From Trichosphaerium sp. ATCC 40318 (lineage: Eukaryota > Protista > Tubulinea), in assembly GCA_038496445.1 (NCBI GenBank), contig JALMLS010000564.1, forward strand, positions 62,001-126,000: a stretch of DNA of 64,000 nucleotides, read 5' to 3'. This document shows positions 50,220-62,732 of the stretch, one piece after another. Under the pieces are notes generated by a model. The model saw nothing but the letters and a program-made list of their open reading frames with translations, made no database searches and had not been told where the DNA came from. The stretch's first letter is position 1. The number at the start of each line of letters is the position of its first letter. The translations under genes were made by a program, and so were the position numbers.

Positions 50220-50856
50220 ATGTCTCTATTATTCCCTGGACTAGGAAAACACTGCCATGTTGAAGATTGTAAAGAACTAGGTACGTAAAAGCATCAAAAC
50301 GAAATCTCTTCGCGTCTCTTACGCATTTTATTAGACTTTCTACCGTATACGTGCAAATTATGTAAAGAAGTATTCTGTGGCGAGCACAGACATTTCGCAG
50401 CGCATAAATGCGCCAAAATATCACTACTGAAGGGTAAGTAAATCATTTTCGCTCTTTTGGACGAATTTTCAGTCAATCTTCTACTAAAAATTTGTAAACA
50501 CTCTGAAATACGCTTGAAACATATTCTAACGCTCTCCATTAGACAAAAAAGCACTTGCATGCCCATTATGTTCAAAACCTCTTAACTGCCTTCCTGGACA
50601 AGACCGAAACACAGTTGTTAGTAAGCATATTGATGGTGGCTGTAAAGACGACAATGATTTGAGGCATAAATGCAGCAAGAAACGCTGTAAAAAATTCACA
50701 CTTGTTCCTATCAACTGTCCTGATTGCCACAAGCATTTCTGCGTTTCACATCGCTCAGCAGAACGACACTCTTGTAAAGCAAAGCGTCCAACTATCAAGA
50801 AGCCTCTACGAAATGGAGTACTCCATTTATCGCCTCTTGTTCAAGCAAAGGCGTAA
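50220..50856 (+). CDS. ZFAND2: AN1-type zinc finger protein (AIRAP/ZFAND2-like)
   Basis: MSLLFPGLGKHCHVEDCKEL|DFLPYTCKLCKEVFCGEHR..HKC, then CPLC...HIDGGC and a second AN1 finger CPDCHKHFCVSHR..HSC. Confidence 0.88.
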
Positions 50857-51148
50857 TCCTTTCAACAAAACATGTAAAAACAAAACGCTGTAAAAAAACT
50901 CCGAAAATGTACATAAAAAATAGATTAACTCATTTCTACTCGTTTTTATACATCGCAAACACTATTTCTACGCGTGGAGATTACTCTTGCATAGTAATTA
51001 GAGCACTTGGTGAAAAACTGATAACTATTGAAAAAACCGAATAAAGGTCGTCCGAGCGTGTTTCTTGTTCGATGCTATTTATTTCGCACACGAACAAAGC
51101 AATCTGGTGTACTGGATTTTTTGCAATTTTTTTTTGTTGACCCATTTT

Positions 51149-52641
51149 TCAGTCTGACAAAGCCAACCCTCTTCTTGTGTTTCTCTTTCCTGATCTACTG
51201 GAGTGTGTTACTTGTATACCACCCTTTCTTTTCGATCTATGAGGTGTACTACTTCTTATCTCATGAGATCCTGTTCTTCTTAATTTATGAATTTTTTTTA
51301 TATCTGCCTTTTGTAGTTGTTGCTGTGGTTGGATTAGAGCTTCTTTGGCGTAAACTTTTGGTTTTAGCAATTGTCCCATATCATGAAAGAATTTAACAGC
51401 ATCAGGTTCAGTATGATAAAGCCGTGACAAGTATATCTCAGCTTCATCAGAGCCCTAATAAATCCAAGGCGGTTAACAAAAAATAGCTACAGTTTATCAC
51501 GAACTCTATTTGCCGCCATGTAATACCACTTTGCTGCACCAACGGGATCTCGTTGTGTACCAAGACCCATCTCATTTAAATAACCCATCTACAGTGGATG
51601 TTAGGAAGAAACAATCAAGATACACCATGTACATTAAACATTGCTGTCACATTTCCAGCACTTGCTGCACGTGAATACCAACGAACTGCCTTTGCTGTAA
51701 AAAAGTATAAATAAAGGAATACCGCTTTGTTTTTGAATCAAGCGCACCATAGTTGCGTTTTACTCCTATACCATCTGCGTATAACGCTCCTAGATTACAT
51801 TGAGCAGCTATATTACTGGTAGCTACCTAAGAAACACGACATTTTAGATCACATGTGACGCCACACCAAACAAACGCGCGTACTGATTTATGAAAGAATA
51901 TTTGTGCTTTTGCATATTCACGTTGTTCTAATAACAATGTAAATCCAAAGGTATTTGTCACTTGTCGTCACAAATTCCGAAATGTTAATCTAACCTTGAT
52001 ACAATAGCGCCAAATTATTTAATGCATCACCATCTCCGTCCTCACCTGCATCAAGGTACCAACTAGCTCTGTTAGCGTGAAAACCACTAAGGCGTACTGT
52101 ATAGCGTCCGGAATAGATTTAGGTGTTCCTAGACCTAGTTCACAAGAGAACCCTGTCATTTTCTTCGCTGCTGTATGCCCTTGACGCATGTCATTCATTT
52201 TTTTTTGTAAAACTTTTTTGCTTTTTTTTTAAATTTCGGAGCACGTGCGTACCTCTTATGGCGGCTCTTAGGAATATAGGATATGATTTAAGGTATGCTT
52301 TACGGTAAAAGTAAATCAGTGCGTCTTCGAAACTTTGAGCTAACGATATTTGAAGAGCTTCACCCATGAGATGCAAGGAAGGCTATAAGGAGATTAAAAA
52401 TAGCCATTCTGGCTTTGACTTGCGGAGAACTTTAAATTTCCGAACCACTTTTTGTCTAAATTAAATCCATAGGAGCCAAAAATAACACCTACGACAGCGC
52501 TCTTCTTTTGAAGATTGGGTTTGGACTGGTGACTGGCACTGCCAACACTGCAAAAACAAAAAAGAAAAAGAAAACTCCTGTAAACAATTCCAAACATCTC
52601 TCTTCAGGATCTCTACGCACGTGGTACAAATGTTTTTCCAT
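51149..52641 (-). CDS. Sel1-like repeat (SLR) protein; 5' end uncertain
   Basis: WYLDAGEDGDVDALNNLA; AAQCNLGALYADGIGVKRNY; KAVRWYSRAASAGNVTAMFN; MGLGTQRDPVGAAKWYYMAA. Confidence 0.85.
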
Positions 52642-52780
52642 CGTGAACACCTTGAATTAAAAAAAAAACCAAAAGATTCAAAATAAAATTATTACTTGAA
52701 GAGATGCTGAAGTGATGACGAAAAGAAGATTGGCGATCAACTCATGGTATCTTTACTGTATTTTTATTGCATTTACTGAT

Positions 52781-54077
52781 TTAATTTGATTTGGATTTTC
52801 TGTCTTCTCTAAAAATAATGTAAGACACGTGAATCTTATTTTATTGTTCTATCCTTTCTCATGGAAACCGAAAAAAATTTACGTACTTGTACAAGCGAAG
52901 AACATACTGTCCAAGGACGCTCTCGCGGATTTCTGTTATTTTGTCGAGAACTGATTCTGGCACTTCTTCAAATGTAAGACCTGTACCACCATATTCTGGT
53001 GCACATACAGCTACTCCAGTATAACTACATAACCTAAGATGTACAACAAGTAAAAATCTTGAGTAAGAAGGAAGCCCTACGCGATGTCCATGAGTGTTAG
53101 TTCTTTGTTATTCCAGTATTTTCTTCCATCTTTTAGAGTTTCTTCTATCTCTTTTTTAAAGTCATACACCTAAAATCTATGTAAAAACCAAGCGCTATAA
53201 GATGGGGTTACATACAACTTCCATTGATTTTTGCGCTGTTTGGGCGTTAAGCTTTAGAAGGTATCTTATTAAAAATACAACAAGTTGATATAAACCATAT
53301 GGCAGCAAAGCTGCTTGCCATTCTGGGATACGTTTACCCCATATCTTGATACAGAGCTAGTACATTAATAAGTGGAACCCAATTTAATGTATTAAGAAGT
53401 ACCTCTTTGTGTGGAATAACGTGATGGTAAAGCCACTTTCTCAAAGCTGGAGCATAATCCCTATCAAGTCTTTTTAATAAATCTTTATCTTTATCTTCAA
53501 CTTTAAGAAATCCTCTGTTATCTGGGTCTTCACCATAAAGAAACTCAAGTATTTGCTTAGAATCTCCCAAGCGTGTTCTACCACCCACATGAAGCGTAGG
53601 TACCTAAAGTGTCACAAGTCAAGAACTCGAGTACAACAGAAAAAAATCAAAAAAAAACAAGAAAAAAAACAGTAGTTCGTTCTGTCACATACTGTACGTC
53701 CTTTGAAGAGAATACCCATCACGACTACTTCACCTTCTTCAGTATATGGCATTCCAATCTTGTCAAGAGCCCATCGGACCTACAAAATCTTAGCTGCCAA
53801 ACGGAGCTACCTGGTGCCTGGTTTACCTTTTCTACAAAGTGAGAGATAGGTACACTCTCTAAGACGCGTTTGGAGCTTGATACATTCATACGATACACAA
53901 AGTTGTATATCACCTAACCAAGGTGTTAGTAGACGCATTGATCATAACGTATAGTACGTTGGCGAACAACCAAACGCAAAGATATACAAGACGTGTCAAA
54001 AAGCCGCCAGGGGCACCAAAGAGCACGTAAACAAGTAAAATAGGCGTCAAGTAATGGAGAATAGCTGGCCCAGTCAT
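52781..54077 (-). CDS. glutathione S-transferase-like protein with N-terminal hydrophobic anchor
   Basis: ESVPISHFVEK..RWALDKIG..GRTVPTL..LGDSKQILEFL is a GST N-domain. The C-terminus ends GQYVLRLYKEDR. Two hydrophobic N-terminal segments. Confidence 0.8.
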
Positions 54078-55317
54078 TTGGTTATCGTTTATTGAATTGC
54101 AGTCATCTTCACGCGGAGTTGACTTAACTGACCACAAAGTTGTTTGATTTTACCTAACTAACCCGACCTGTCAGTATTCTATAACGTTGTACCAAATGCG
54201 ATGGCACGTATAAAACTACGCTTTTACTGCATTGATACGTGTTGTGGGTAATTTATGGGTGTTAGGTGGCAGAGAATACACGTGATTTATATCGATGAAA
54301 AACCTCTGTTAGAAATACTTGCTAGTGTTTATGGAACAGTAGAAGACGCGAATATATTCGTTGGTGTCATATTACAACCGGTGGCGCAAGGTAACATCCT
54401 TAGCTTACTGCCCGTGCGCTAACTAGTCAAAGGAATGATGTGGTGACTTTTAACGATGGCGGACAATCAAAAACAACGCCAAAATTGTAAATAAAACCAG
54501 ATTTGTGTGATTCCCTCTTGTGCTTCTACATGCGCTAACAAAGCGATTAATACCTTATTTACGTATACATAAATCTATACGTGGTTTTTAGAAGCTATAC
54601 CCTTTCTTTCCAAAACTTGTCGCTGCAACTGATTGGAAAGCTTAATCAAAATTATAGCTTGGAATACCTGTCATTTTTTAAGTTGGGAGCCATTTCACGT
54701 TTAACAAAAAAAGCCAGTCACTCATCTAAACTCCTTTAAGACTCAACAAGCTACAGCTCTAATTACTTTTATAAATCAACGTGCGCGTAATATTGAGTAC
54801 AATTGAAAGTGGCTTTTGGATCACGTTTGTACGCCTAAATTGGTTGGGCTGGAGCGGCATTGCATTTCTATTCAAACATGCTGTTACTGACAAATAATTA
54901 TAAAGTGGTTGGCTGCTATGTTTGGCTTCTTTGCTTAAGTAGAGTTTTACTTGTTGCTAGTTGCACTTGGTGAGTTTGTCGGTTTGTAGCATTTCTATTC
55001 GATCATCTAAATTGTCTAAAAGCAAGTTTCCACCTCTAAAAAAATACTGGTTGTAGCTGCAATTGTCTGTGGCAGTCCGAAGTACATCAAGAAGAAGACT
55101 TTGATTTGAAATGTTGTTTATTTTAAGCTAGTAGTACACCTTTGGTACGCAACAAGTTTTGACATTGCTGACTGACGTTATCATAACCCATTACACTGAT
55201 AATACATATACTAGATATCGCCTTTACACCCTCGTCAGTTATTCTTTTACAGTTCGTCAAAAAGATAACACTTGAACCTTCCAATGCCTTGAGCACTTCA
55301 TCACTTACATTCGTGAC

Positions 55318-56811
55318 TTACAAACAAATATTAAGTACACCAGCACCATGCAAAGCATCGATACCTTCACGTGTAACAGCTGTATTAGTCAAATTTATCT
55401 TCTTCACACCAGCCAGCGCTTTTACACCTTTATCAGTCACTTTTGTATGTGAAAGATCAATTGTATGAACACCAGCTAATGCCCTAATACCTTCATCTGT
55501 TATTTTTTTACACTTCTTTAAATCGATAGAATGCACGCCAGCCAATGCCCTTAGACCCTCATCTGCTATTTCGCATTTAGTCAATTCGATGGTGTGTACA
55601 CCAGCCAATTGTTTAAAGCCATCATCAGTTATTTTCTGGCAAAAACTCAAGTAAATTGCATGTACACCTTTCAATGCCTTGACACCTTCATCTGTTATAG
55701 TGGAGCAAAACCTTAAAAAGATGGTATGTACACCTGCCAAGGCCATTATACCATTGTCTGTTATTTCGTTACAGCCAATCAAGTCAATAGTATGTACACC
55801 TGCGAGCGCTTTTAGCCCCTCATCTGTTATTTTTGTCCTTGTTATCCTGATTTCAAATGCACCAGCCAATGCCTTGAAACCTGTATCTGATATGCCTTCA
55901 CATTTGTCCAATACGATGGTATGTACGCCCTTTAATGCCTTAATACCTTCATCACCCACATTTGTTCTTGATAAATTGATATTATGTACACCCTTTAATG
56001 CCTTAATGCCTGAATCCGTTATACATTCACAATGGTATAAGTTTATAGTATGTACGCCAGTCAATGTCTTTATACTCTCATCTGTTATTTGGCATTCAGT
56101 CAAGTCGATAGTGTGCACACCCTTTAATGCCTTGACACCTTTATCAGTCACGTTTGTGTGCGATAAATTAATGTTATGTACGCCAGCTAACGCCTTTATG
56201 CCTTCATCTGTTATGCTCTGACAAAATATCAGACTGATGGTGTGTACGCCAGCCAATGTCTTTATACTCTCATCTGTTATTTTGCATTCACTCAAGTTGA
56301 TAGTGTGCACACCCTTTAATGCCTTGACGCCTTCATCGTCCACAGAACTGAATGACAAATCAATTCTGTGGACACCGGTCAACGCTTTTAAACCTTCGTG
56401 AGTAAACATTTTACATCTCCGCATGTTGATGGTATGTACTCCAGCCAACGCCTTGAGAACTTCATTACTAACATTGGTGCGAGAGACATCTATGTCGCGA
56501 CAACCCCTCAAGTCTATTGATGTTAAACTCGCAACTAAGCGTCGGCGATCTTTTGTATCACTATTACCAAGACCGTCCAATAAAATGCGTGTGTTTAGAA
56601 GTAAGGGGCTACCAGACAGACTTTTTAATTCGCTTATACTTTTAACCGATATCCAACCATATCCCACGTGGCTGTGGACTATATCTCGCAAGAAACGGCA
56701 TGTTTGGGCTGAACGGAGTGTAAACTTGCCTTGTTTTAGAATATGGACTATCATTTCAACTGGGAGTGATACGAGGTGAATCGGAGACTTGCTTGCGCCG
56801 TTGTTCTCCAT
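55318..56811 (-). CDS. intronless F-box + leucine-rich repeat protein (~15 repeats of LxGVHTIxLxxCxITDEGxKA)
   Basis: F-box LVSLPVEMIVHIL...AQTCRFLR followed by highly regular 24-25 aa LRRs in one uninterrupted 497-aa ORF. Confidence 0.93.
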   Translation of the reverse strand: MENNGASKSPIHLVSLPVEMIVHILKQGKFTLRSAQTCRFLRDIVHSHVGYGWISVKSISELKSLSGSPLLLNTRILLDGLGNSDTKDRRRLVASLTSIDLRGCRDIDVSRTNVSNEVLKALAGVHTINMRRCKMFTHEGLKALTGVHRIDLSFSSVDDEGVKALKGVHTINLSECKITDESIKTLAGVHTISLIFCQSITDEGIKALAGVHNINLSHTNVTDKGVKALKGVHTIDLTECQITDESIKTLTGVHTINLYHCECITDSGIKALKGVHNINLSRTNVGDEGIKALKGVHTIVLDKCEGISDTGFKALAGAFEIRITRTKITDEGLKALAGVHTIDLIGCNEITDNGIMALAGVHTIFLRFCSTITDEGVKALKGVHAIYLSFCQKITDDGFKQLAGVHTIELTKCEIADEGLRALAGVHSIDLKKCKKITDEGIRALAGVHTIDLSHTKVTDKGVKALAGVKKINLTNTAVTREGIDALHGAGVLNICL

Positions 56812-57150
56812 GTTGTGAATGTAAAAAATGGTATTCTTCGGTACTATTTTTAGTATTTCAATGAATGGTTACGTGAAACGTGAGGTTGACCATTTCTGCA
56901 CTGAACAATCTCTGTCATTGTACCAGTGTTGCACCTACCTACAAAAGCAAAAGCGGTTAATGTACAAGCACAAAATCGTAACATTGACCCCAAGGCACTG
57001 AAAAGAACTTCAGAATCTTGTTTTACCCTCAAACACAACTTCGACTTCTCGCATAACAGCAACAAACTTTAGGTTTGTATTTTAAGGCATACATCCTCTA
57101 AGATTGATTACCGGGCTTAGAATATTGTGAACTCTTACAAAAAAAATCTG

Positions 57151-58202
57151 ATGTTTGTATCTACTTCCCGAATAGCGCTTTTGGTTTTGGTTTTTGGTAC
57201 GTCATTTACCCTCACCTCTATAAATAACACAGCGCGCTTATACTTTTAAACAGTTTGTGTATGTTTATTTGCCAAACAAATAGATAATTTACCAGTGAGT
57301 GTATTCTCTTCAAAGGTACAAGAAGATAAGAGTAAAGGTAATATTCATTCATTCTTTTTGTCTTCATTTTCTTCGCTCTTTTAACGTCTACACAGGTATA
57401 TACCCTATTGGCGGCAGTGGGCAAATAAACGGTCACTTTTGTACAGACACATACGTTGGTTCGTCTTTTTTTTTTTTTTGTCTCAAAGTGAGACTCTCCT
57501 TCTAACTAAAGAATTAGACAAGGATATTGGCATACAAGTAGGACTTCGTGTTGAGAAACGGTATAAGGGACCTGTTTATACATTGATTGAACGCAGTTAT
57601 TACGCAGAAGTAGGTGTTGATAAAAACAACTTCGTACGCGATAATACGTCACGTGACAGCTAATTTTTTCTCATTTTTTTGTTAAAATTAGCCACTGTGG
57701 GATCTCGACTTTCACCTAGACGCTGGGACTGCTTACCTTGCTACACAGCAAAATGACTCTATAATGACTCCACACAACGCATTAGAGCATGAAGTAACAC
57801 TTTCCTTTGACTTGGATCCTTCATCTGGTATAAAATGGAAAAACGAGACATTAAACGATTACTACCAAGGCTTGCTCATTTTGGGACAAAACGCACTTCC
57901 AATGAACTTTTCTCCTTTCTTTATCAACCCAAACGTACGTCAAGCATTTTCTCTAGTGTCTACGATGTACAAAAGGAAACCTAGTCGTGTCTATTGGTGT
58001 CACGTGTATTGTTAGTATCCAAAAAAGTTTACTTAACTTTTTTTGTTAGATCAAAGGAAACTATACAGCACTGCTATCAGTTACGAACAACCAAACAAAA
58101 GCCGTAATCGTTAGCTCCGAAATAAATGTACTATGTGGGTTTACACCACCAATGACAGTAAGCACGGATAGCCTATACGCTTAGAAATGCTTGTTGGTGT
58201 GA
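57151..58202 (+). CDS. secreted hypothetical protein (multi-exon)
   Basis: Spliced model MFVSTSRIALLVLVFVCVCLFA (signal-like) ... FYKDIGIQVGLRVEK ... PMNFSPFFINPN|IKGNYTALLSV. The 3' end is 58184-58202. Confidence 0.55.
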
Positions 58203-58459
58203 GTACACAAGTGGAATAAAAAAGGACCAATTTCTTTTCTTTATCGATAATTTACCTCGCTATATAACGCACTATATTGTCATAACATAACACTGTACAA
58301 GTGGGGAATTAGGCGGACCAAAGTGGTAAAGCACACTATAAATCCGGTTGAGGATTCGCCACTCTAGGCGAAATTTACTCTTTTTTTTTTTTTTTTTGCC
58401 ACCTTTTTTTACCCGGGCAGCCACGCTGTTGAAAAAGTAACACCAGTCCGCTTTGTAAC

Positions 58460-61400
58460 ATGTCTCATCGGCCACGTATAAAGCTTCGTGATCTAAAAGA
58501 AGCACGGGTTACACTGACGCGGAGTTTATCAAAGACTGTCTATATATCCCCAGAACAACGCCTTGGTACGTTATAATGCAGAGGAGAGATAAATAAAGCC
58601 AAAATAAACTGAGCTTGATGTTTTTTTTGGTTTATTTTTATCTCTTTGCGTTTCCCTCTATGCGGCCTGTACCACGTCATTTACCTCTTTTTACCGAGTA
58701 TAGTACTAATAAGACCTTAGAGAATCATCAAATCGAGCAAATACGAACAAATCCTGATTCACGTGTCACCTTATGCGTCACAAAGGTTGCAGATATAAAA
58801 GCTTTCATGAGACCTATTATGTTCTTTTTGATGGAGAACGAACTTAGCGTTTCTATTGTAACTGTAGCTGGCGGCCAGTTAAAGCAAACACTCAATAGGT
58901 AAGGGTTTTTAACGTTAGACGATATCACGTGACACTCCAAAAACAAAAAAAATAAAAAGCTCCAAACCTTTTTTTGTTTGAACAATTTTTTTGGTATGCG
59001 CTAACTTCTCGTTAGTCTTTCGTTTCTGAAGGGAACGACGCGGTTCCGGCTATTCGTAACTACTGTAACATCAACGGGAGAAGGCTCAGTGGATGTTAAA
59101 TTCTTGAATACAGCTATGAATACAATAGAAGAAGCCGATATGTTGGATGTACCTATAATGGTTTATGCACCTAATGTTGAGTATAACAATAACTACCCGA
59201 GACATAAAAACATTACAGTATGCGGAAAATCAGAAAATACTAGCCACCTTTTGGAAGCACGTGATGATATGCGTTTTCAGAGGTTCTTTGGGCATGCCAC
59301 TATTGTTTGGATACACGAAGCAAAAGAAATCTTGATGTCTAGTCAGAGAAGGTGAGTTGGACGTTAAAACTTATTGTGGTTCTTTTTTTTGGTTTATGTT
59401 TTATGTTATAACGCTACCGCCGCATCCTTAAAAAATAAGTCATCAACTGATTAAATAGTGTACCCTTTTCTTTTTTGAGAGCAGAAGAAATCTCCTTTTT
59501 ACTGAACTATTTTATTTTAGGGATAACTCGCTACAAAAAAAGTATGTAAAGACTTTCAATAGTCATGGTGTATTCGTACAAGAATTCCCGAGGTGGACTA
59601 AGGCGACGTCTTTTTTAAACTCTATAACATCCATTCCAAATCCGTTCTTAAGACTTGTCGCTACTACTAGTAGAAACTGTGATCCAGACACGCTAGTTAA
59701 ATTCTGTAGAGTACGTTTTGGTTTTTTTTTTAGAAATTCTGACTTGATCTCTATTTTAGGCGATACGGTCTTGTTTGAATGTAGAGTATCCTATACTAGC
59801 ATACGTACACGATTTATTGAGTGTTGATAGCGAAATATTTACGTACCCTTATGTAAAAGTAACTGAACAAAAAGGTAGGCCTTGGTGAGCTTAAAATAGC
59901 TTTTTTTTTGACTGCTGTATTTTAGGTGATCTGGTACGATACGCATTAATGAAACCTCTGCTATGGGCGCCAGACGTTAGTAAAGGTCTCTTTGAAGTAC
60001 CTGAAAAATGGAAAGGTCAAATGAGTGCGTGCAGTACTGCCAAAACGATCTTTTTTGTTTGTTATGATTATTTGTGGTTTACGCTTATTTTTTTGGTAGG
60101 CATTTACGACATCACGTTAGCACACGTGCGCAAAAAAGTAAGAAAAAACGGAAAAGCTGGTCATGCAGCTCCATATGTCAAAGTATTACTTGATGGTAAT
60201 GATATGTGGCATTACAAAACAAAGCCAACTTTTGGGCCAACAGATGAATGGCAAGACTTAAACTGGCAGTTGTACGTTAGTTTATTGAGTGAGATTTTTT
60301 CTTATTTTTACAATACAGCCCTGTGTCATTAGCTACAAAGGTTGAGATTGTTGTCACTGATTGGAATATGTTCAAGGGCAACAGCAACATAGGAAAAGTT
60401 GCTTTTGATGTGAGGTACACGCCATACTATAAGTATAAAAGTAAAACTCTTACACTGTTTAAGGTCTCTTATGGAACAGCTTCCGAAAAGTGGTTCTATG
60501 AGCATACAAAAGACCTTCAAGCTAGAAAGTCAAGCAATGGATGAAGTAAAAACAAGGAAATATAGTACAAAGTCTATCGGTAGATCAATGGGAAAACATA
60601 GCAGAAGGAACTTAAGCGAGTCTTTTGGATTCGCAAAAAAAGGTAAAGAAAGAGAACATAAGCCACTCTTTTCTAACTGGTCTTAGACTCAGACCCTAAG
60701 AGCCAAGGAACTGTTGAAATCACATTCTCTTTCCAAGAGACTCAAATGAAAAATAGAAGGCGTTCTGGCCACAGTCATGTTCGAGGTACTGTCTGCTCAA
60801 AGCAATTGTTTTCGGTTTAAGTAAACTCTTACAATTATTTAGATTCTGTTCTTGGCAATAAGATTGTAGGTTCTCTACGAATGAAGGTTCATGGAAAGAG
60901 AGCTAGTTTGTTTTCAATCCGTAGAAGATCTCAAAAAACCCAGAATGGCCGATACTTCGGCGTTACACTTGAAGAAAGTATGGCTACAGCGCTTCGAGAT
61001 GGTAGCATTCATATTATAGAAGTACGCATTTAACCCTCAGTACAACTTAACCTTAAACACTCGTAGGGGTGTTGTAAGGCTCTAGAGAAACGTGGATTCA
61101 ATTTAGAAGGTCTGATCAGAGTACCTGGAAATGGATACAAGATTAAACAGCTCCGAACGCTTGTTGAGTCAAGTAAGACAACAATTTTTCTTCGTACTTT
61201 ACCAAAACAACAGAATCTGACTACAAATTAGGACAAGCGGTAAATTATGACGCTGAAGATCCTTACGACCTTATTGGCCTCTTGAAGCTATACTTGACAG
61301 AGTTACCAGATTCATTCTTACCTACAGAAAACTTTAAGAGAATAATTTCAAAAGGCACGTGATATTCACTTCACTTGCTACCAATATGTCTGTACTAATT

Positions 61401-61802
61401 TTGTTCTTGGTAGAGTATACTTCTAAATCTATCAACAAAGAGTTTGAGCTTCTTACCCAACAAAGACGCAAAGCATGGAGCAGTATTGTCCGTTATTTCC
61501 TTCATTTAGAACGACACAGTAAAGTAAACAAGATGACGTTTCACAACATCTCAGTTAGTATCTCAACAACGCTTTTACTCCCAAAGAACGGAACAGATAT
61601 GGCAGCAATGGCTATAATGGCAGGACAAGCAATAGAAGTACTAGAATTCATACTAACCAATGCCGACACTCTTTTCCCGAATGCAACAAAGTCTCTTATT
61701 GCTAGTGATGTTCAAACTGATGTCCCTAAAAAACAACCTATCCGCCATGGTATTAGAAAACGTGTATATAGTACAAGGGTAACATCTGTAAACAAACCAT
61801 GA
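58460..61802 (+). CDS. RhoGAP protein with C2 domain and N-terminal alpha/beta domains
   Basis: C2 motifs (PYVKVLLDG..KTKP..EWQD; EIVVTDWNMFKGNSNIGK) and RhoGAP motifs (YFGVTLEE; LEGLIRVPG arginine finger; GLLKLYLTELPD; VNKMTFHNISV). Confidence 0.9.
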
Positions 61803-62048
61803 TGCATAAATGTTATATTTCATAAGCTGTTTTAGAAATTGTTTTTGTTGCTAAAGTACACATTGCGTGCTTTCATATGGGAACACTACATGAAGTTTTA
61901 GTAACGCTTACACGTTTGGTAGTTGTTTCTCTCTGATTCAAGTTGTAATAGTTGTATGTGCGTCTCAAAGAACTTTTTTACTAACTACTGTTTTTTTTAC
62001 AACAAAAGTTTTTTAACATTTACTACAAGTGTATTCATTTACAAGCCA

Positions 62049-62732
62049 TCAGCTATCTTTTGATAAATCAACAATAGATTGTACCTCCCATGTAGAACCG
62101 CACACAGGACAAGTAGGCCTATACTTAACTAAGCAAACCTATGTGAATACAACCTCAAAAACCGTACCTTGTTTTAAGAAATCTACTTATACAGCAATAG
62201 TGAAAGAAATGGCCACAGACGCCCCACACTCCATAGCACTTATTTTCTGCTTTTTTACAAGTCACTGCCGAAGCTATAGGAGATAATCAATTGTAGAACA
62301 AACCTCAGAAATACCGTACTTGCGTCACAACTACGCCATGGTTCTGCTTGCATTTGTACACAGGATTGTTGATATTCTTGTCGGCATATAGCACAATTAT
62401 CATTTTTTTTTACTTAACCATAGATAAGTCATAAGAGATGTGTAAAAACTTTGAGGAGTTTTTTTTTTTTTGCTACAGGGAGCTAAAAGGTCCAGAATTT
62501 TCAAGAAATGTGGAGAACAAAATTAAGAACTGAACATGCGAACAATTAAGGGACTGTACAAGTAATTGTGTTCCGGTCCCAGTTCACGGCGGTTTAAAGT
62601 TTTTGTTGAGTTTAAATGATAACAATATGGTTTTTTTTACGAAATTTCTTGCAACCACTAAGTGTACGTACCAGCCACATACTCTTCAACTTCTTTCCAA
62701 GCTTGGATTTTAAAGCGTTTTCTCTCTGCCAT
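62049..62732 (-). CDS. divergent RING-box (RBX1/RBX2/APC11-family) RING-H2 protein, 4 exons, ~100 aa
   Basis: Spliced MAERKRFKIQAWKEVEEYVAVKKNDNCAICRQEYQQSCVQMQAEPWRSCDAKNKCYGVWGVCGHFFHYCCISRFLKTRPTCPVCGSTW. It is colinear with RBX1 (KRF...DNCAICR...[20 protein letters not shown]..CPLD). Confidence 0.88.

Noticed and set aside
54201-54490. Possible small spliced gene (MARIKLRFYCID...EKPLLEILASVYG...)
   Set aside because: Could not build a consistent exon chain to a stop with confidence, and no recognisable domain.
55318-55320. Alternative genetic code (TAA as sense)
   Set aside because: TAA, TAG and TGA all terminate other well-supported genes in the window.
55679-56779. Plus-strand ORFs with repeated MVCTP motifs
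   Set aside because: Antisense shadows of the F-box/LRR repeats.
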